Part shown: one piece after another, positions 54,736 through 63,648 of the stretch
Layout: each line of letters starts with the position of its first letter
How positions within the stretch are numbered: position 1 is the stretch's first letter
DNA from: an uncultured Candidatus Saccharibacteria bacterium
Lineage (GTDB): Bacteria > Patescibacteriota > Saccharimonadia > Saccharimonadales > JACQNP01
Reading direction: 5' to 3'
Length of the DNA: 64,000 bases
Assembly (NCBI GenBank): GCA_964590725.1
Contig: CAZPWF010000003.1
Coordinates: forward strand, 1,649-65,648
Notes under the pieces: model-generated
What the model was told of the DNA's origin: nothing
The model's database searches: none
Seen by the model: the letters and a program-made list of their open reading frames with translations, nothing else
Position numbers and translations under genes: made by a program

Positions 54736-55821
54736 ATGCAAGACATATTAAAGAAAACCAATGAACTTGAAAAAACAATTGAAGCTATAATTGGGCAATT
54801 AGGTATAGATGAGCTTGAAAAAGAATTGATCACATTGCGCGATCAGTCCAGCGCAAATGATTTTTGGTTGAATGCTGAACATGCGCAATCTGTCATGAAG
54901 CAAATAAGTAAGTTAGAGTTACGTATATCACCGTGGAGGGAAATGCAAACAGAGCTATCAGAAATAACAGAACTAATTGAAATTGATGACGACTCAATCA
55001 GAGATTCGTTACTAAAACAACTGTCTAGTGTCGAATCAAGGTTTGATGAGCAAAAACGTGTTCTTCAGTTTTCCGGTCCTTATGATGATTTTAATGTTAT
55101 TTTGGGTATTCATGCAGGAGCTGGCGGTACCGATGCTCAGGATTGGGCACAAATGCTACTTCGAATGTATGTTCGTTGGGCAGAAGCGCACAAATATAAG
55201 GTTAAGATGATTGATGAGTCACCAGGAGAAGAGGCCGGCATAAAAAGCGCTACTATTGAAATAGAAGGGCCTTTTATGTTTGGCAAATTGAGTGGCGAAC
55301 ACGGTGTTCATCGCCTAGTACGTTTGAGTCCATTTAATTCAGATAATCTTCGCCAAACCAGCTTCGCGAAAGTTGAAATTATGCCGAAAGTCGATACCCC
55401 CGATGCGGTCATAATTGATGAAAAAGAACTAAAAATTGATGTATACCGTAGCGGCGGCAAGGGTGGTCAGTCGGTAAACACAACAGATTCCGCGGTGCGT
55501 ATTACACATTTACCGACTAATATTGTGGTGGCTATTCAAAACGAACGCAGCCAGATCCAAAATAAAGAAACAGCTATGACAATACTGCGCTCCCGATTAG
55601 CACAGTTACAGATCGAACAACACGCTGAAAAAGTATCAGAACTAAAGGGTCCAAATCAGTCAGCCGAGTGGGGTAATCAAATTCGCAGCTATGTTCTCCA
55701 CCCCTACAAACAAGTTAAAGATCTTCGAACGCGTTATGAAACAAGTGATGCTGAAGGTGTATTGGATGGTAGGCTCGATGAATTTCTAGAAAGTTATCTT
55801 GAATCAACACTCGAAGGCTAA
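54736..55821 (+). CDS. prfB: peptide chain release factor 2 (no programmed frameshift)
   Basis: SPF tripeptide (RLSPFNSDNLRQTSFA) and GGQ ([23 protein letters not shown]). I chose the ATG at 54736 because an extended -10 (tgttataat, 54717-54725) overlaps the tracked TTG start region. The N-terminal region is one continuous frame. Confidence 0.92.
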   Translation: MQDILKKTNELEKTIEAIIGQLGIDELEKELITLRDQSSANDFWLNAEHAQSVMKQISKLELRISPWREMQTELSEITELIEIDDDSIRDSLLKQLSSVESRFDEQKRVLQFSGPYDDFNVILGIHAGAGGTDAQDWAQMLLRMYVRWAEAHKYKVKMIDESPGEEAGIKSATIEIEGPFMFGKLSGEHGVHRLVRLSPFNSDNLRQTSFAKVEIMPKVDTPDAVIIDEKELKIDVYRSGGKGGQSVNTTDSAVRITHLPTNIVVAIQNERSQIQNKETAMTILRSRLAQLQIEQHAEKVSELKGPNQSAEWGNQIRSYVLHPYKQVKDLRTRYETSDAEGVLDGRLDEFLESYLESTLEG

Positions 55822-55826
55822 TCGTT

Positions 55827-55835
55827 TGCTATAAT
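55827..55835 (+). promoter_or_regulatory. extended -10 TGcTATAAT, 8 nt before the ftsE ATG
   Basis: tgctataat, then gcttatac, then the ATG at 55844. Confidence 0.55.
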
Positions 55836-55843
55836 GCTTATAC

Positions 55844-56524
55844 ATGATTCTGTTTGATAGGGTAACGAAAGTATATAATCGCAGCAACACTGCTCTCGAC
55901 CGCGTGAGTCTACACGTTGAGCCGAAAGAATTTGTGATTATTGTTGGTAAGAGTGGTGCGGGTAAATCTACGCTTCTTAAGTTACTTACTAGAGAAGAGC
56001 GACCGACTAGCGGTAAGATTGTGGTTGGTGGTGTCGATTATGACAAGCTAAAGGATCGGGATATCCCATTGCTTCGCCGAAAAATAGGAGTAGTTTTTCA
56101 GGATTTTAAACTTTTGCCAAACAAGACAGTGTTTGAAAATGTTGCATTTGCTTTGGAAATTGTCGGTTTCGGTAACAAAGAAATTAATCATACGGTTCCT
56201 AGGGTACTTGATATTGTTGGTCTAAAAGGCAAGGAACGTCGAATGCCGATGGAGCTGTCTGGAGGAGAAAGACAAAGGGTAGCAATCGCACGAGCAATAG
56301 TGCGACAGCCAAAAATATTGATTGCTGACGAGCCAACAGGTAACCTCGACCCGAAGCACGCATGGGATGTCATAAAAGTTCTAGAAAAAATAAATCGTTA
56401 CGGAACCACAGTTTTGCTGACAACTCATAATCAAGACATCGTTAATAAATTGAAACGGCGAGTCATAACAATTAGCGATGGACGCGTAGCAAGCGACCGA
56501 GCCAATGCGGAGTATAAAAGCTAA
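55844..56524 (+). CDS. ftsE: cell-division ABC ATPase FtsE
   Basis: Walker A (GKSGAGKST), [14 protein letters not shown], and Walker B ([11 protein letters not shown]). 226 aa, directly followed by ftsX. Confidence 0.9.
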   Translation: MILFDRVTKVYNRSNTALDRVSLHVEPKEFVIIVGKSGAGKSTLLKLLTREERPTSGKIVVGGVDYDKLKDRDIPLLRRKIGVVFQDFKLLPNKTVFENVAFALEIVGFGNKEINHTVPRVLDIVGLKGKERRMPMELSGGERQRVAIARAIVRQPKILIADEPTGNLDPKHAWDVIKVLEKINRYGTTVLLTTHNQDIVNKLKRRVITISDGRVASDRANAEYKS

Positions 56525-57468
56525 TGAGAAGAGGGTTCATATCTTTTGGTCGTGTCATCCGTGCGGGTTTGCAAAACTTTGCCCGTAATTTAACGCTTGC
56601 CATTGCTGCGATGGCGGTGATATTTATAACCTTAACCATAGTATTATTTTCTGTAATTGTTAATGCAACATTTGCTCACACAGTACAGCTTATCACTGAC
56701 AAAATTGATATATCTGTATATCTAGTTGATGGTCTAAAAGATCAGCAGAGAGAAGAGTTAATAAACAATGTAAAAGCTATAGAGAATGTAAAAAGTGTTG
56801 AGTATGTCTCTAAGGATCAGGCATTGGATATATACAAAAAGCAAAACGCTGACAACATTGATTTATTGGTTGCGATATCTCAGACGGATAATCCCTTGCC
56901 AGCCAGTCTGCAAATTAAACCAAGAGATCCAAATAAAATTGACGAGATTAAACAATTCCTCGAAAAGCCAGAAATAAAAGCGCTTCAATCTGACGAGACC
57001 TCTTATTCGGGTGATCGCAAAGACGCAATTGATAAGATCTCCAAAGCCACATCTTTCTTTAGACAGGCTGGTATTGTTGGTGTGGCCGTATTTATGTTGG
57101 TGTCGGTGCTCATTATCTTTAACACGATTAGGATGGCAATATTTAACCGACGAGATGAACTGACAATTATGAGACTACTTGGGGCAGGAACATGGTATAT
57201 ACGGGGTCCATTTATTATTGAAACTGTTATCTATGGTTTGATTGCAGGGGCTTTGTCCATTGTTGCAGTAGGTTCTATGTTTGCAGTGTCGTCTAATACT
57301 TTTGACGCTAGCAGTCTGGGTTTGTTAGATATTAAATTTGCTAGTGACTATTTCGCTAGTCATTTTGCGTTAATTGTTGCTGTGCAGCTTACAATTGGTG
57401 TACTTATTGGTGCGTTTTCATCGTATATTGCCACGACGCGGTATCTTAAATTTAAGAGTTCTAAGTAG
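56524..57468 (+). CDS. ftsX: cell-division permease-like protein FtsX
   Basis: ATG overlaps the ftsE stop. TM1, then a ~130-aa extracellular domain, then three C-terminal TM segments including RRDELTIMRLLGAGTWYIRGPF. Confidence 0.87.
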   Translation: MRRGFISFGRVIRAGLQNFARNLTLAIAAMAVIFITLTIVLFSVIVNATFAHTVQLITDKIDISVYLVDGLKDQQREELINNVKAIENVKSVEYVSKDQALDIYKKQNADNIDLLVAISQTDNPLPASLQIKPRDPNKIDEIKQFLEKPEIKALQSDETSYSGDRKDAIDKISKATSFFRQAGIVGVAVFMLVSVLIIFNTIRMAIFNRRDELTIMRLLGAGTWYIRGPFIIETVIYGLIAGALSIVAVGSMFAVSSNTFDASSLGLLDIKFASDYFASHFALIVAVQLTIGVLIGAFSSYIATTRYLKFKSSK

Positions 57469-57531
57469 AGCTGTATAATATTAGTAACTAAATTGCAAAG
57501 TATTGCAGGGTATGGTATGATCAAAGAGGTT

Positions 57532-58725
57532 ATGCTAAAACAAAAAACTAAAGTATCCACAACTTCATTTCGTTCAGGAGCACTGATATTTATCTTAACT
57601 TTGGTTTTTGCTGGAAGTTTTCTTGCAGCACCTTTTGCGCATGCCGATCGGTTTGACGAAGAAATCAAAAAGTTAAGTGCTGATAGTCAGCAAAAAAAAG
57701 AACAAGTTAACTCCCTAGAAATTCAGGCAAACAGCATCCAAGATACGATTGCAAAATTGCAACAACAAATTGACGGATTACAGGCGCAGATTACGGCTAA
57801 TCAAGCCAAGAATGACAAGCTAAAAGTTGAGATAGATGTCGCTCAGAAAGAATTAGATCAGACAAAGAAGTTACTTGGTGAGAATATTAAGGCAATGTAT
57901 CTAGAAGGTGAGATCAGCACCTTAGAAATGCTAGCTTCTAGTAAAGACCTAAGCGAATATGTAGACAAGGAGCAGTATAGAGATACTGTAAAAACCAAGA
58001 TTAAAACCTCGCTTGATAAAGTTACCCAACTAAAAGCCCAACTGAAAACACAGAAAGAATCAGTCGAGAAGCTTCTTGCCGAACAGCAGTCATTACGAAA
58101 TCAAGTTGCCTCGCAGCATGGTCAGCAACAAAGGCTCTTGACACTTAATCAGTCACAGCAGGATTCGTTTAATCAAGACATTCAGTCCAATCAAGAAAAA
58201 ATTAAGGATCTAAAACACCAACAAGTCTTAGAGAATGTAAAATTATTCGGGGGAAACTCCGTTCAACCGGGGATACCTGGTGGTGGTGGGTATCCATGGG
58301 GCAATGCGTATTGTGCTCACACGGGTCAAGTTGGTGGCGATTGTTGGAATTATGATTGGGAATTTAATGGCAGTCCTTGGGATTCTTGGGGTTATGGTTT
58401 CCGTAACTGTACTAGCTGGGTTGCATACAAACTAGCATCAGACGGCAAGGTAGGCATTACTTATTTAGGAAATGCAGCAAATTGGCCAGGAAATGCTTCT
58501 GCGCGCGGCATACCTGTATCTTACGGTTCTGGTGCGCGTCCAGGTGATGCAGCGGTTAATCCAAACGGTTATTATGGGCATGTTATGTATGTAGAGGCTG
58601 TTACGGGCGATGGACAGGTGATAGTAAGTGACTATAATCGAATGGGTGATGGGCTGTATCGTGGCCCAGAAGGTGGCAGTGCAGCAGTGTTAAACCAGGC
58701 TGGACTCGTTTTCATCCATTTCTAA
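57532..58725 (+). CDS. secreted coiled-coil + CHAP-domain peptidoglycan hydrolase (PcsB-like)
   Basis: Start at MLKQKTK (aagagg upstream), with a signal peptide ending AHA. About 200 aa of Q/K/E-rich coiled coil precede a C-terminal CHAP domain with the nucleophile context FRNCTSWVAYKL and the His context GHVMYVEAV. Confidence 0.8.
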   Translation: MLKQKTKVSTTSFRSGALIFILTLVFAGSFLAAPFAHADRFDEEIKKLSADSQQKKEQVNSLEIQANSIQDTIAKLQQQIDGLQAQITANQAKNDKLKVEIDVAQKELDQTKKLLGENIKAMYLEGEISTLEMLASSKDLSEYVDKEQYRDTVKTKIKTSLDKVTQLKAQLKTQKESVEKLLAEQQSLRNQVASQHGQQQRLLTLNQSQQDSFNQDIQSNQEKIKDLKHQQVLENVKLFGGNSVQPGIPGGGGYPWGNAYCAHTGQVGGDCWNYDWEFNGSPWDSWGYGFRNCTSWVAYKLASDGKVGITYLGNAANWPGNASARGIPVSYGSGARPGDAAVNPNGYYGHVMYVEAVTGDGQVIVSDYNRMGDGLYRGPEGGSAAVLNQAGLVFIHF

Positions 58726-58788
58726 GTTTTCTATCGTAACATAAGTATTGAATGTGTAATAATGTATTGGTCTATAAGGAGGTCATGA

Positions 58789-60012
58789 GTGTTTAAAGAA
58801 TCAGATGTTGTTGACGTAAAGAAGCGTCCACGTTGGATGAAGACGGGTCTTATTACCCTGGGTGTGGCAGCTGTTTTTTTGTTGGGTTTGTATATAGGAA
58901 ATGGCAATATTGCCTTTGGAGCTATAAATCTAAAAAAGAACAATCAGAATGGTAGTATGCCGGCTAATTTAAATTACACATCTGTCGAGCAACTTTATGA
59001 CGCCCTCAAGGTAAGCTTTGACGGTCAGCTTAATGAAACTAAACTAGTTGATGGCATGAAAAAGGGTCTAGTGGAAGCAGCAGGTGATCAATATACCGAA
59101 TATCAGAATAGTGAAAAGTCAAAAGAATTCAATGAAAGTCTAAATGGAACTTTTAGTGGTATTGGTGCTGAATTAAGCAAAGAGAATAATACAATAGTGG
59201 TTGTCGCGCCTATTTCGGGCTACCCGGCTGAAAAGGCAGGCTTAAAAGCTAAAGACGTCATTGTAAAGATCAATGACGAAAGTGCTCTAGATATGTCGGT
59301 TTCTGATGCTGTTACTAAGATTCGTGGCCCAGAAGGAACCAATGTAAAACTCAAGGTAGTTCGTGACGCGAAACAAGAGCTAGAGTTCGATATTACTCGG
59401 CAAAAAATTACTATTCCCAGCGTAGAATACAACGTGGGCGCTGACAATATCGGCTATATTAAGATTAGTCGATTTGCCGAAGACACGAGTGGCCTAGCAC
59501 AAAAAGCTGCCGAAGAATTCAAGGCAAAAAACGTTAAGGGTGTCGTACTCGACATGAGGAACGATCCGGGTGGCCTGCTTGATGCATCTGTTGACGTCTC
59601 AAGTTTATGGATAGATAAAGGAAAGACAATCTTGGAAGAAAAGCGTGGCGGCGAGGTAGTGAAGACATATAAAGCCAAAGGCGACAATATACTTAAAGGC
59701 ATCCCAACAGTAGTGTTGATTAACGAAGGAAGCGCCAGCGCGAGCGAGATTACTGCAGGAGCACTCAAAGATAATGGTGTAGCTACGCTAATTGGCGCAA
59801 AGTCATTTGGTAAAGGTAGTGTTCAACAGCTTTCTGATTTACGTGGCGGCGGTGTTCTAAAGGTAACAGTTGCTCGTTGGTATACCCCAGCAGGCAAGAA
59901 TATCGATAAAGAAGGTATTGAGCCTGACCAAAAAGTAGAAATAACCGAAGAAAATGCAAAAAACAAGCAAGATCCGCAAAAAGACGCAGCCATTCAATTC
60001 ATAAATAAGTAG
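58789..60012 (+). CDS. ctpA: S41 carboxy-terminal processing peptidase (CtpA/CtpB-like) with a PDZ domain
   Basis: GTG start after aaggagg. N-terminal TM segment, PDZ (GYPAEKAGLKAKDVIVKIND), DMRNDPGGLL, the catalytic region (INEGSASASEI), and GAKSFGKGSVQ. Confidence 0.87.
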   Translation: MFKESDVVDVKKRPRWMKTGLITLGVAAVFLLGLYIGNGNIAFGAINLKKNNQNGSMPANLNYTSVEQLYDALKVSFDGQLNETKLVDGMKKGLVEAAGDQYTEYQNSEKSKEFNESLNGTFSGIGAELSKENNTIVVVAPISGYPAEKAGLKAKDVIVKINDESALDMSVSDAVTKIRGPEGTNVKLKVVRDAKQELEFDITRQKITIPSVEYNVGADNIGYIKISRFAEDTSGLAQKAAEEFKAKNVKGVVLDMRNDPGGLLDASVDVSSLWIDKGKTILEEKRGGEVVKTYKAKGDNILKGIPTVVLINEGSASASEITAGALKDNGVATLIGAKSFGKGSVQQLSDLRGGGVLKVTVARWYTPAGKNIDKEGIEPDQKVEITEENAKNKQDPQKDAAIQFINK

Positions 60013-60120
60013 GCCTTTCAGACTAGCTTGATTCAATTATGCCGGAGATGTGCGTCTTCGTCTGGCAGTAAAAGATACCTCCAAGCTAATAGCTAACAGA
60101 TAGAAATATTTCGGAAGATG

Positions 60121-60149
60121 TTGACGAAATACACAAAAAGTACTATAAT
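60121..60149 (+). promoter_or_regulatory. consensus sigma70-like promoter TTGACG-N17-TATAAT
   Basis: ttgacg (60121-60126), a 17-nt spacer, then tataat (60144-60149). It abuts the tracked GTG at 60150. Confidence 0.55.
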
Positions 60150-60857
60150 GTGGATAAATATGGAATTGTTGTGGACATAAAGAACACTTTTGAAGCTGTA
60201 GATGTATTAATTAGTGGCATGGATTATGTTGAACGTGCTGAATTTTTTGATCACATTCGTGGCGCATATCCAGATGAATTTGGTACAAGTGCGCTAGAAA
60301 ATACTGTAGAAGTCGAGACTTTAGATGAACCATTCGAAGAGCGCGTTGACGTCATATCTATGCTATCGCCAGAACAAGCAGAACGTGCTAACAAGTTAAA
60401 ATCCGCTATGGCTGAAAAGTTTCGCGTCGATGCAGCAGATTTCTCAGTCCTGGCAACTGAAGCCGAAACGGGTGAGAAACTGTTCTGCGTAGCTTACACC
60501 GCAGGTAACGGTATCTACAAAGGCAGTTGGAACAAAATCATGGGTAATGAAACCACTAAAGACTTCGTGGTAGAAATTGATGGTCAAAAATTCGACACCC
60601 GAACTGGTATGACCCTAGATGTTTACGCAGCAATGGTTGAACGGGCTAGAGCAAATGACGAAATCCTACCAGATAGTCGACAATTATCCGAAGAAAATGG
60701 TCAAGTCTGGACTTGGACACTTCGCACTGGCGAACAGGCGGTTGTCCTCAACGCGCCGCGCGCTAGCGTCCTCGAGGACGATTCGGTGTACGGCGGCTGG
60801 TGCGATGGCGGCGACGGCGGTGGCGCTGTTCGTTTCCGCCCCGCAGCGGTCCTCTAG
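60150..60857 (+). CDS. hypothetical acidic protein (235 aa) with an abruptly GC-rich 3' end
   Basis: Long ORF with no TM segment and no recognisable motif. The start is doubtful: a consensus TTGACG-N17-TATAAT promoter ends at 60149, immediately before the tracked GTG. The real start may therefore be downstream (GTG 60171 or ATG 60216). Confidence 0.5.
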   Translation: MDKYGIVVDIKNTFEAVDVLISGMDYVERAEFFDHIRGAYPDEFGTSALENTVEVETLDEPFEERVDVISMLSPEQAERANKLKSAMAEKFRVDAADFSVLATEAETGEKLFCVAYTAGNGIYKGSWNKIMGNETTKDFVVEIDGQKFDTRTGMTLDVYAAMVERARANDEILPDSRQLSEENGQVWTWTLRTGEQAVVLNAPRASVLEDDSVYGGWCDGGDGGGAVRFRPAAVL

Positions 60858-61016
60858 TTTGTCTTTTGATACTTTTACGGGTATGTAAAATAATCTTGAA
60901 AGCATCCCAAAGAGGTGTGTAGAATTGCGGTTATTTGTTGTGAAAGTTAGGTAAGATATTCCAAGAGTTGGGTTCTTGTGGTAGTATCTTTTAAGTAATG
61001 AGAGGGTTAATACAAG

Positions 61017-62633
61017 GTGGCAAAACCGACTAAGTATGTGTTTGTAACGGGTGGTGTTCTTTCTGGGCTTGGAAAGGGCATCACTGCCGCCTCAATTGGT
61101 AACCTTTTAAAAGCTCGCGATTTAAAAGTAAACATTCAAAAATGTGACCCGTATCTAAATGTGGATGCCGGTTTATTAAACCCAGCAGAGCATGGAGAAT
61201 GCTTTGTCACTAAAGATGGGGCAGAGACGGATCTGGACTTAGGCCACTACGAAAGGTTCTTAGACCAAGAATTAACTCAGGGAAGCTCACTTATGAGTGG
61301 GCGAATCTTGCAAATGGTCATTAACGAAGAACGCTCCGGAAAGTTTTCCGGTAAGACAGTTCAGTTCATCCCGCACGTCACTAAGACAATACAAGAAGAA
61401 ATTATCAAAGTTTCCAAGGGTTTTGACGTTCACATTGTTGAGATTGGTGGTACGGTTGGTGATTATGAAGGGCTTAGTTTTGTAGAAGCAATTAGAGAGC
61501 TAGCATTTAGTGTTGGTCGAGAAAATTGCGTGTTTGTGCACGTGGTGTATCTGCCGTACTTAGGCGCAAGCCACGAGTTCAAGACTAAACCGGCTCAGAA
61601 TGCTGTGCGTGATTTGCGTGGCCTGGGCATTGTTCCCGATGTTTTGGTTGTTCGCAGCGAAGAGGAAGCTATCAAATCAGTCATTGATAAATTAAGTATG
61701 TTTTCTGGGGTTGCTCCAGAAGCGATCGCATTACTGCCAAATGCGGCTTCAATATATGAAGTGCCGCTTACTCTTGAAGATGCAGGAATAGCTAGTGTTA
61801 TAGCCAATAAGCTTAATCTTAAGATGTCAAAGCCCAATCTAAAAGAATGGCGTAATGTAGTAGACAAAGCGACCGCGCGCTATAGCAAGAGAATAACCAT
61901 TGGTGTTGTAGCCAAATATATGGACAATCAAGACACTTATATGTCGGTTTTCGAAGCTCTAAAATCAGCTGCATGGTGGAACAAATCTACACTGTCGATT
62001 AAATGGATAAATGCAGAAAAACTTGATGGCGACACCGATGAATTGTCGGCAATATTCAAAGACTGTGATGGAATAGTTATACCTGGAGGATTTGGCACAC
62101 GCGCTCTCGAAGGAAAAATAAAAGCAGCTCAGTATGCTCTAAAACAAAAAGTACCATATTTGGGGCTGTGCCTAGGTTTGCAAATGGCGGTAATCGCTGC
62201 CGCACGAAATGCAGGAGTGAGCGACGCTTCGACGCCCGAACTAAATGACGGCTCAAAAAATCTCGTCATAAACACCATGCAGGGGCAAGAAGGCAAAGAA
62301 AACACCGGTGGCTCCATGAGGCTAGGCGATTACAAATGTAATCTAGAAAAAGACAGTCTCGTGGCTAAAATTTATGGCAAGAAGCAGATTGTTGAACGTC
62401 ATCGCCATCGTTATGAGTGTAGCAATGATTATCGTGATAAATATGAGTCTTGGGGGATTAAGGCGGTAGGCACAAGCCCAGACGGCAAACTAGTAGAAAT
62501 AATTGAGGCGATAGATCACCCATTCTTTATGGCAAGCCAGTTTCATCCAGAATTTAAATCTCGACCCAACAGACCTCATCCAATGTTTGACGGATTTATC
62601 AAAGTGGTTATTGCAAAAAAAGTCATAACCTGA
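61017..62633 (+). CDS. pyrG: CTP synthase
   Basis: GTG start. YVFVTGGVLSGLGKGI, DPYLNVDAG, and a glutaminase domain with the GLCLGLQ nucleophile and HRHRYE. Confidence 0.95.
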   Translation: MAKPTKYVFVTGGVLSGLGKGITAASIGNLLKARDLKVNIQKCDPYLNVDAGLLNPAEHGECFVTKDGAETDLDLGHYERFLDQELTQGSSLMSGRILQMVINEERSGKFSGKTVQFIPHVTKTIQEEIIKVSKGFDVHIVEIGGTVGDYEGLSFVEAIRELAFSVGRENCVFVHVVYLPYLGASHEFKTKPAQNAVRDLRGLGIVPDVLVVRSEEEAIKSVIDKLSMFSGVAPEAIALLPNAASIYEVPLTLEDAGIASVIANKLNLKMSKPNLKEWRNVVDKATARYSKRITIGVVAKYMDNQDTYMSVFEALKSAAWWNKSTLSIKWINAEKLDGDTDELSAIFKDCDGIVIPGGFGTRALEGKIKAAQYALKQKVPYLGLCLGLQMAVIAAARNAGVSDASTPELNDGSKNLVINTMQGQEGKENTGGSMRLGDYKCNLEKDSLVAKIYGKKQIVERHRHRYECSNDYRDKYESWGIKAVGTSPDGKLVEIIEAIDHPFFMASQFHPEFKSRPNRPHPMFDGFIKVVIAKKVIT

Positions 62634-62646
62634 TAGCATAACCATT

Positions 62647-63036
62647 ATGGATACTCAAAATACAACACAGAAAAAAGTTTTACTAGTAGAGGATGATGAT
62701 GCCTTAGCGAGCGTATATCAAACCCGTTTACAGGCGGAGGGTTTTGATGTTAAGCGCGTTCCAAATGGCGAGGACGCTTTAGCGACCACGCTAGAATATA
62801 AGCCAGATCTAATGCTTTTGGACGTAATGATGCCAAAGGTTAGTGGTTTCGATGTGCTTGATATTTTGCGTAATACTCCCGAAACTGCCAATCTTAAGGT
62901 AATAATGTTGACTGCACTTAGCCAGGATGCTGACAAAGAACGCGCCCAGAGCCTTGGCGTAGATGATTATCTTGTAAAATCACAAGTTGTTATAGCCGAC
63001 GTAGTCGAAAAAATCAAACAGCACCTCGGCGTCTAG
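62647..63036 (+). CDS. single-domain response regulator (CheY-like receiver only)
   Basis: 129 aa. VLLVEDDD, the phospho-acceptor context (DLMLLDVMMP), LTAL, and a Lys in DDYLVKS. No output domain, and no histidine kinase in the window. Confidence 0.85.
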   Translation: MDTQNTTQKKVLLVEDDDALASVYQTRLQAEGFDVKRVPNGEDALATTLEYKPDLMLLDVMMPKVSGFDVLDILRNTPETANLKVIMLTALSQDADKERAQSLGVDDYLVKSQVVIADVVEKIKQHLGV

Positions 63037-63070
63037 TTTATATTTTTATAATTTCTTGTAGTATGTATAT

Positions 63071-63580
63071 ATGTACGACGAGAGAGATGTCTTTGAGTTT
63101 AGCAGCGTCGACTGGGGTATTGAATCTTTTGAAGACAAGCTTAATTTTGTAAACAGCGAGTTACATGATTATATCGAGGGATGTAGTAATTCTTTGGTTT
63201 TTAATGTTATGAAATACGGCCAAGAGGACGTAGTTCGTATTTTAACCGGAATTTACTGTGGACATAGTGGCGGCAAGAGAGTCGTCCTAGAAACTACTGA
63301 TAATTCGGGGAAGCGAAACATATATTGGGCTGGAAGGCACACATTTCGAAATGGCAAAAAGAAAACAAATAAAGATTTTTTTGTTACTGAGGAATATGTT
63401 GTGAAGACAAATGAATGGCAAGAAGAGATAACTACCTTGGACCGAGCTTATATTTTATTAGAGGCTCCGTCAGCTGTACGCATCACGCCATCAATAGAGG
63501 ATAGCGAAGAGACCCCTGTGAATAAATCAAAATTTCGTCAAATCGCTGAAAAAATTGGCAACTTCATTATCGACATATAG
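63071..63580 (+). CDS. hypothetical protein (169 aa)
   Basis: Long ORF with no TM segment and no recognisable motif. Confidence 0.5.
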   Translation: MYDERDVFEFSSVDWGIESFEDKLNFVNSELHDYIEGCSNSLVFNVMKYGQEDVVRILTGIYCGHSGGKRVVLETTDNSGKRNIYWAGRHTFRNGKKKTNKDFFVTEEYVVKTNEWQEEITTLDRAYILLEAPSAVRITPSIEDSEETPVNKSKFRQIAEKIGNFIIDI

Positions 63581-63648
63581 TAGACACTAACATTGACTAA
63601 ATATGTATTCTGTGATAACATAAATAAGTTAATTAAAAAACAAAAATT

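Noticed and set aside
54712-55821. I looked for the programmed +1 frameshift site typical of prfB (short ORF ending CTT TGA C).
   Set aside because: The RF2 frame is continuous from the ATG at 54736, and no in-frame TGA or shift is needed.
60619-60905. Alternative-frame ORFs at 60619-60888 (plus strand) and 60684-60905 (minus strand).
   Set aside because: They exist only because the local GC-rich stretch is stop-poor. They overlap the longer 60150-60857 ORF.
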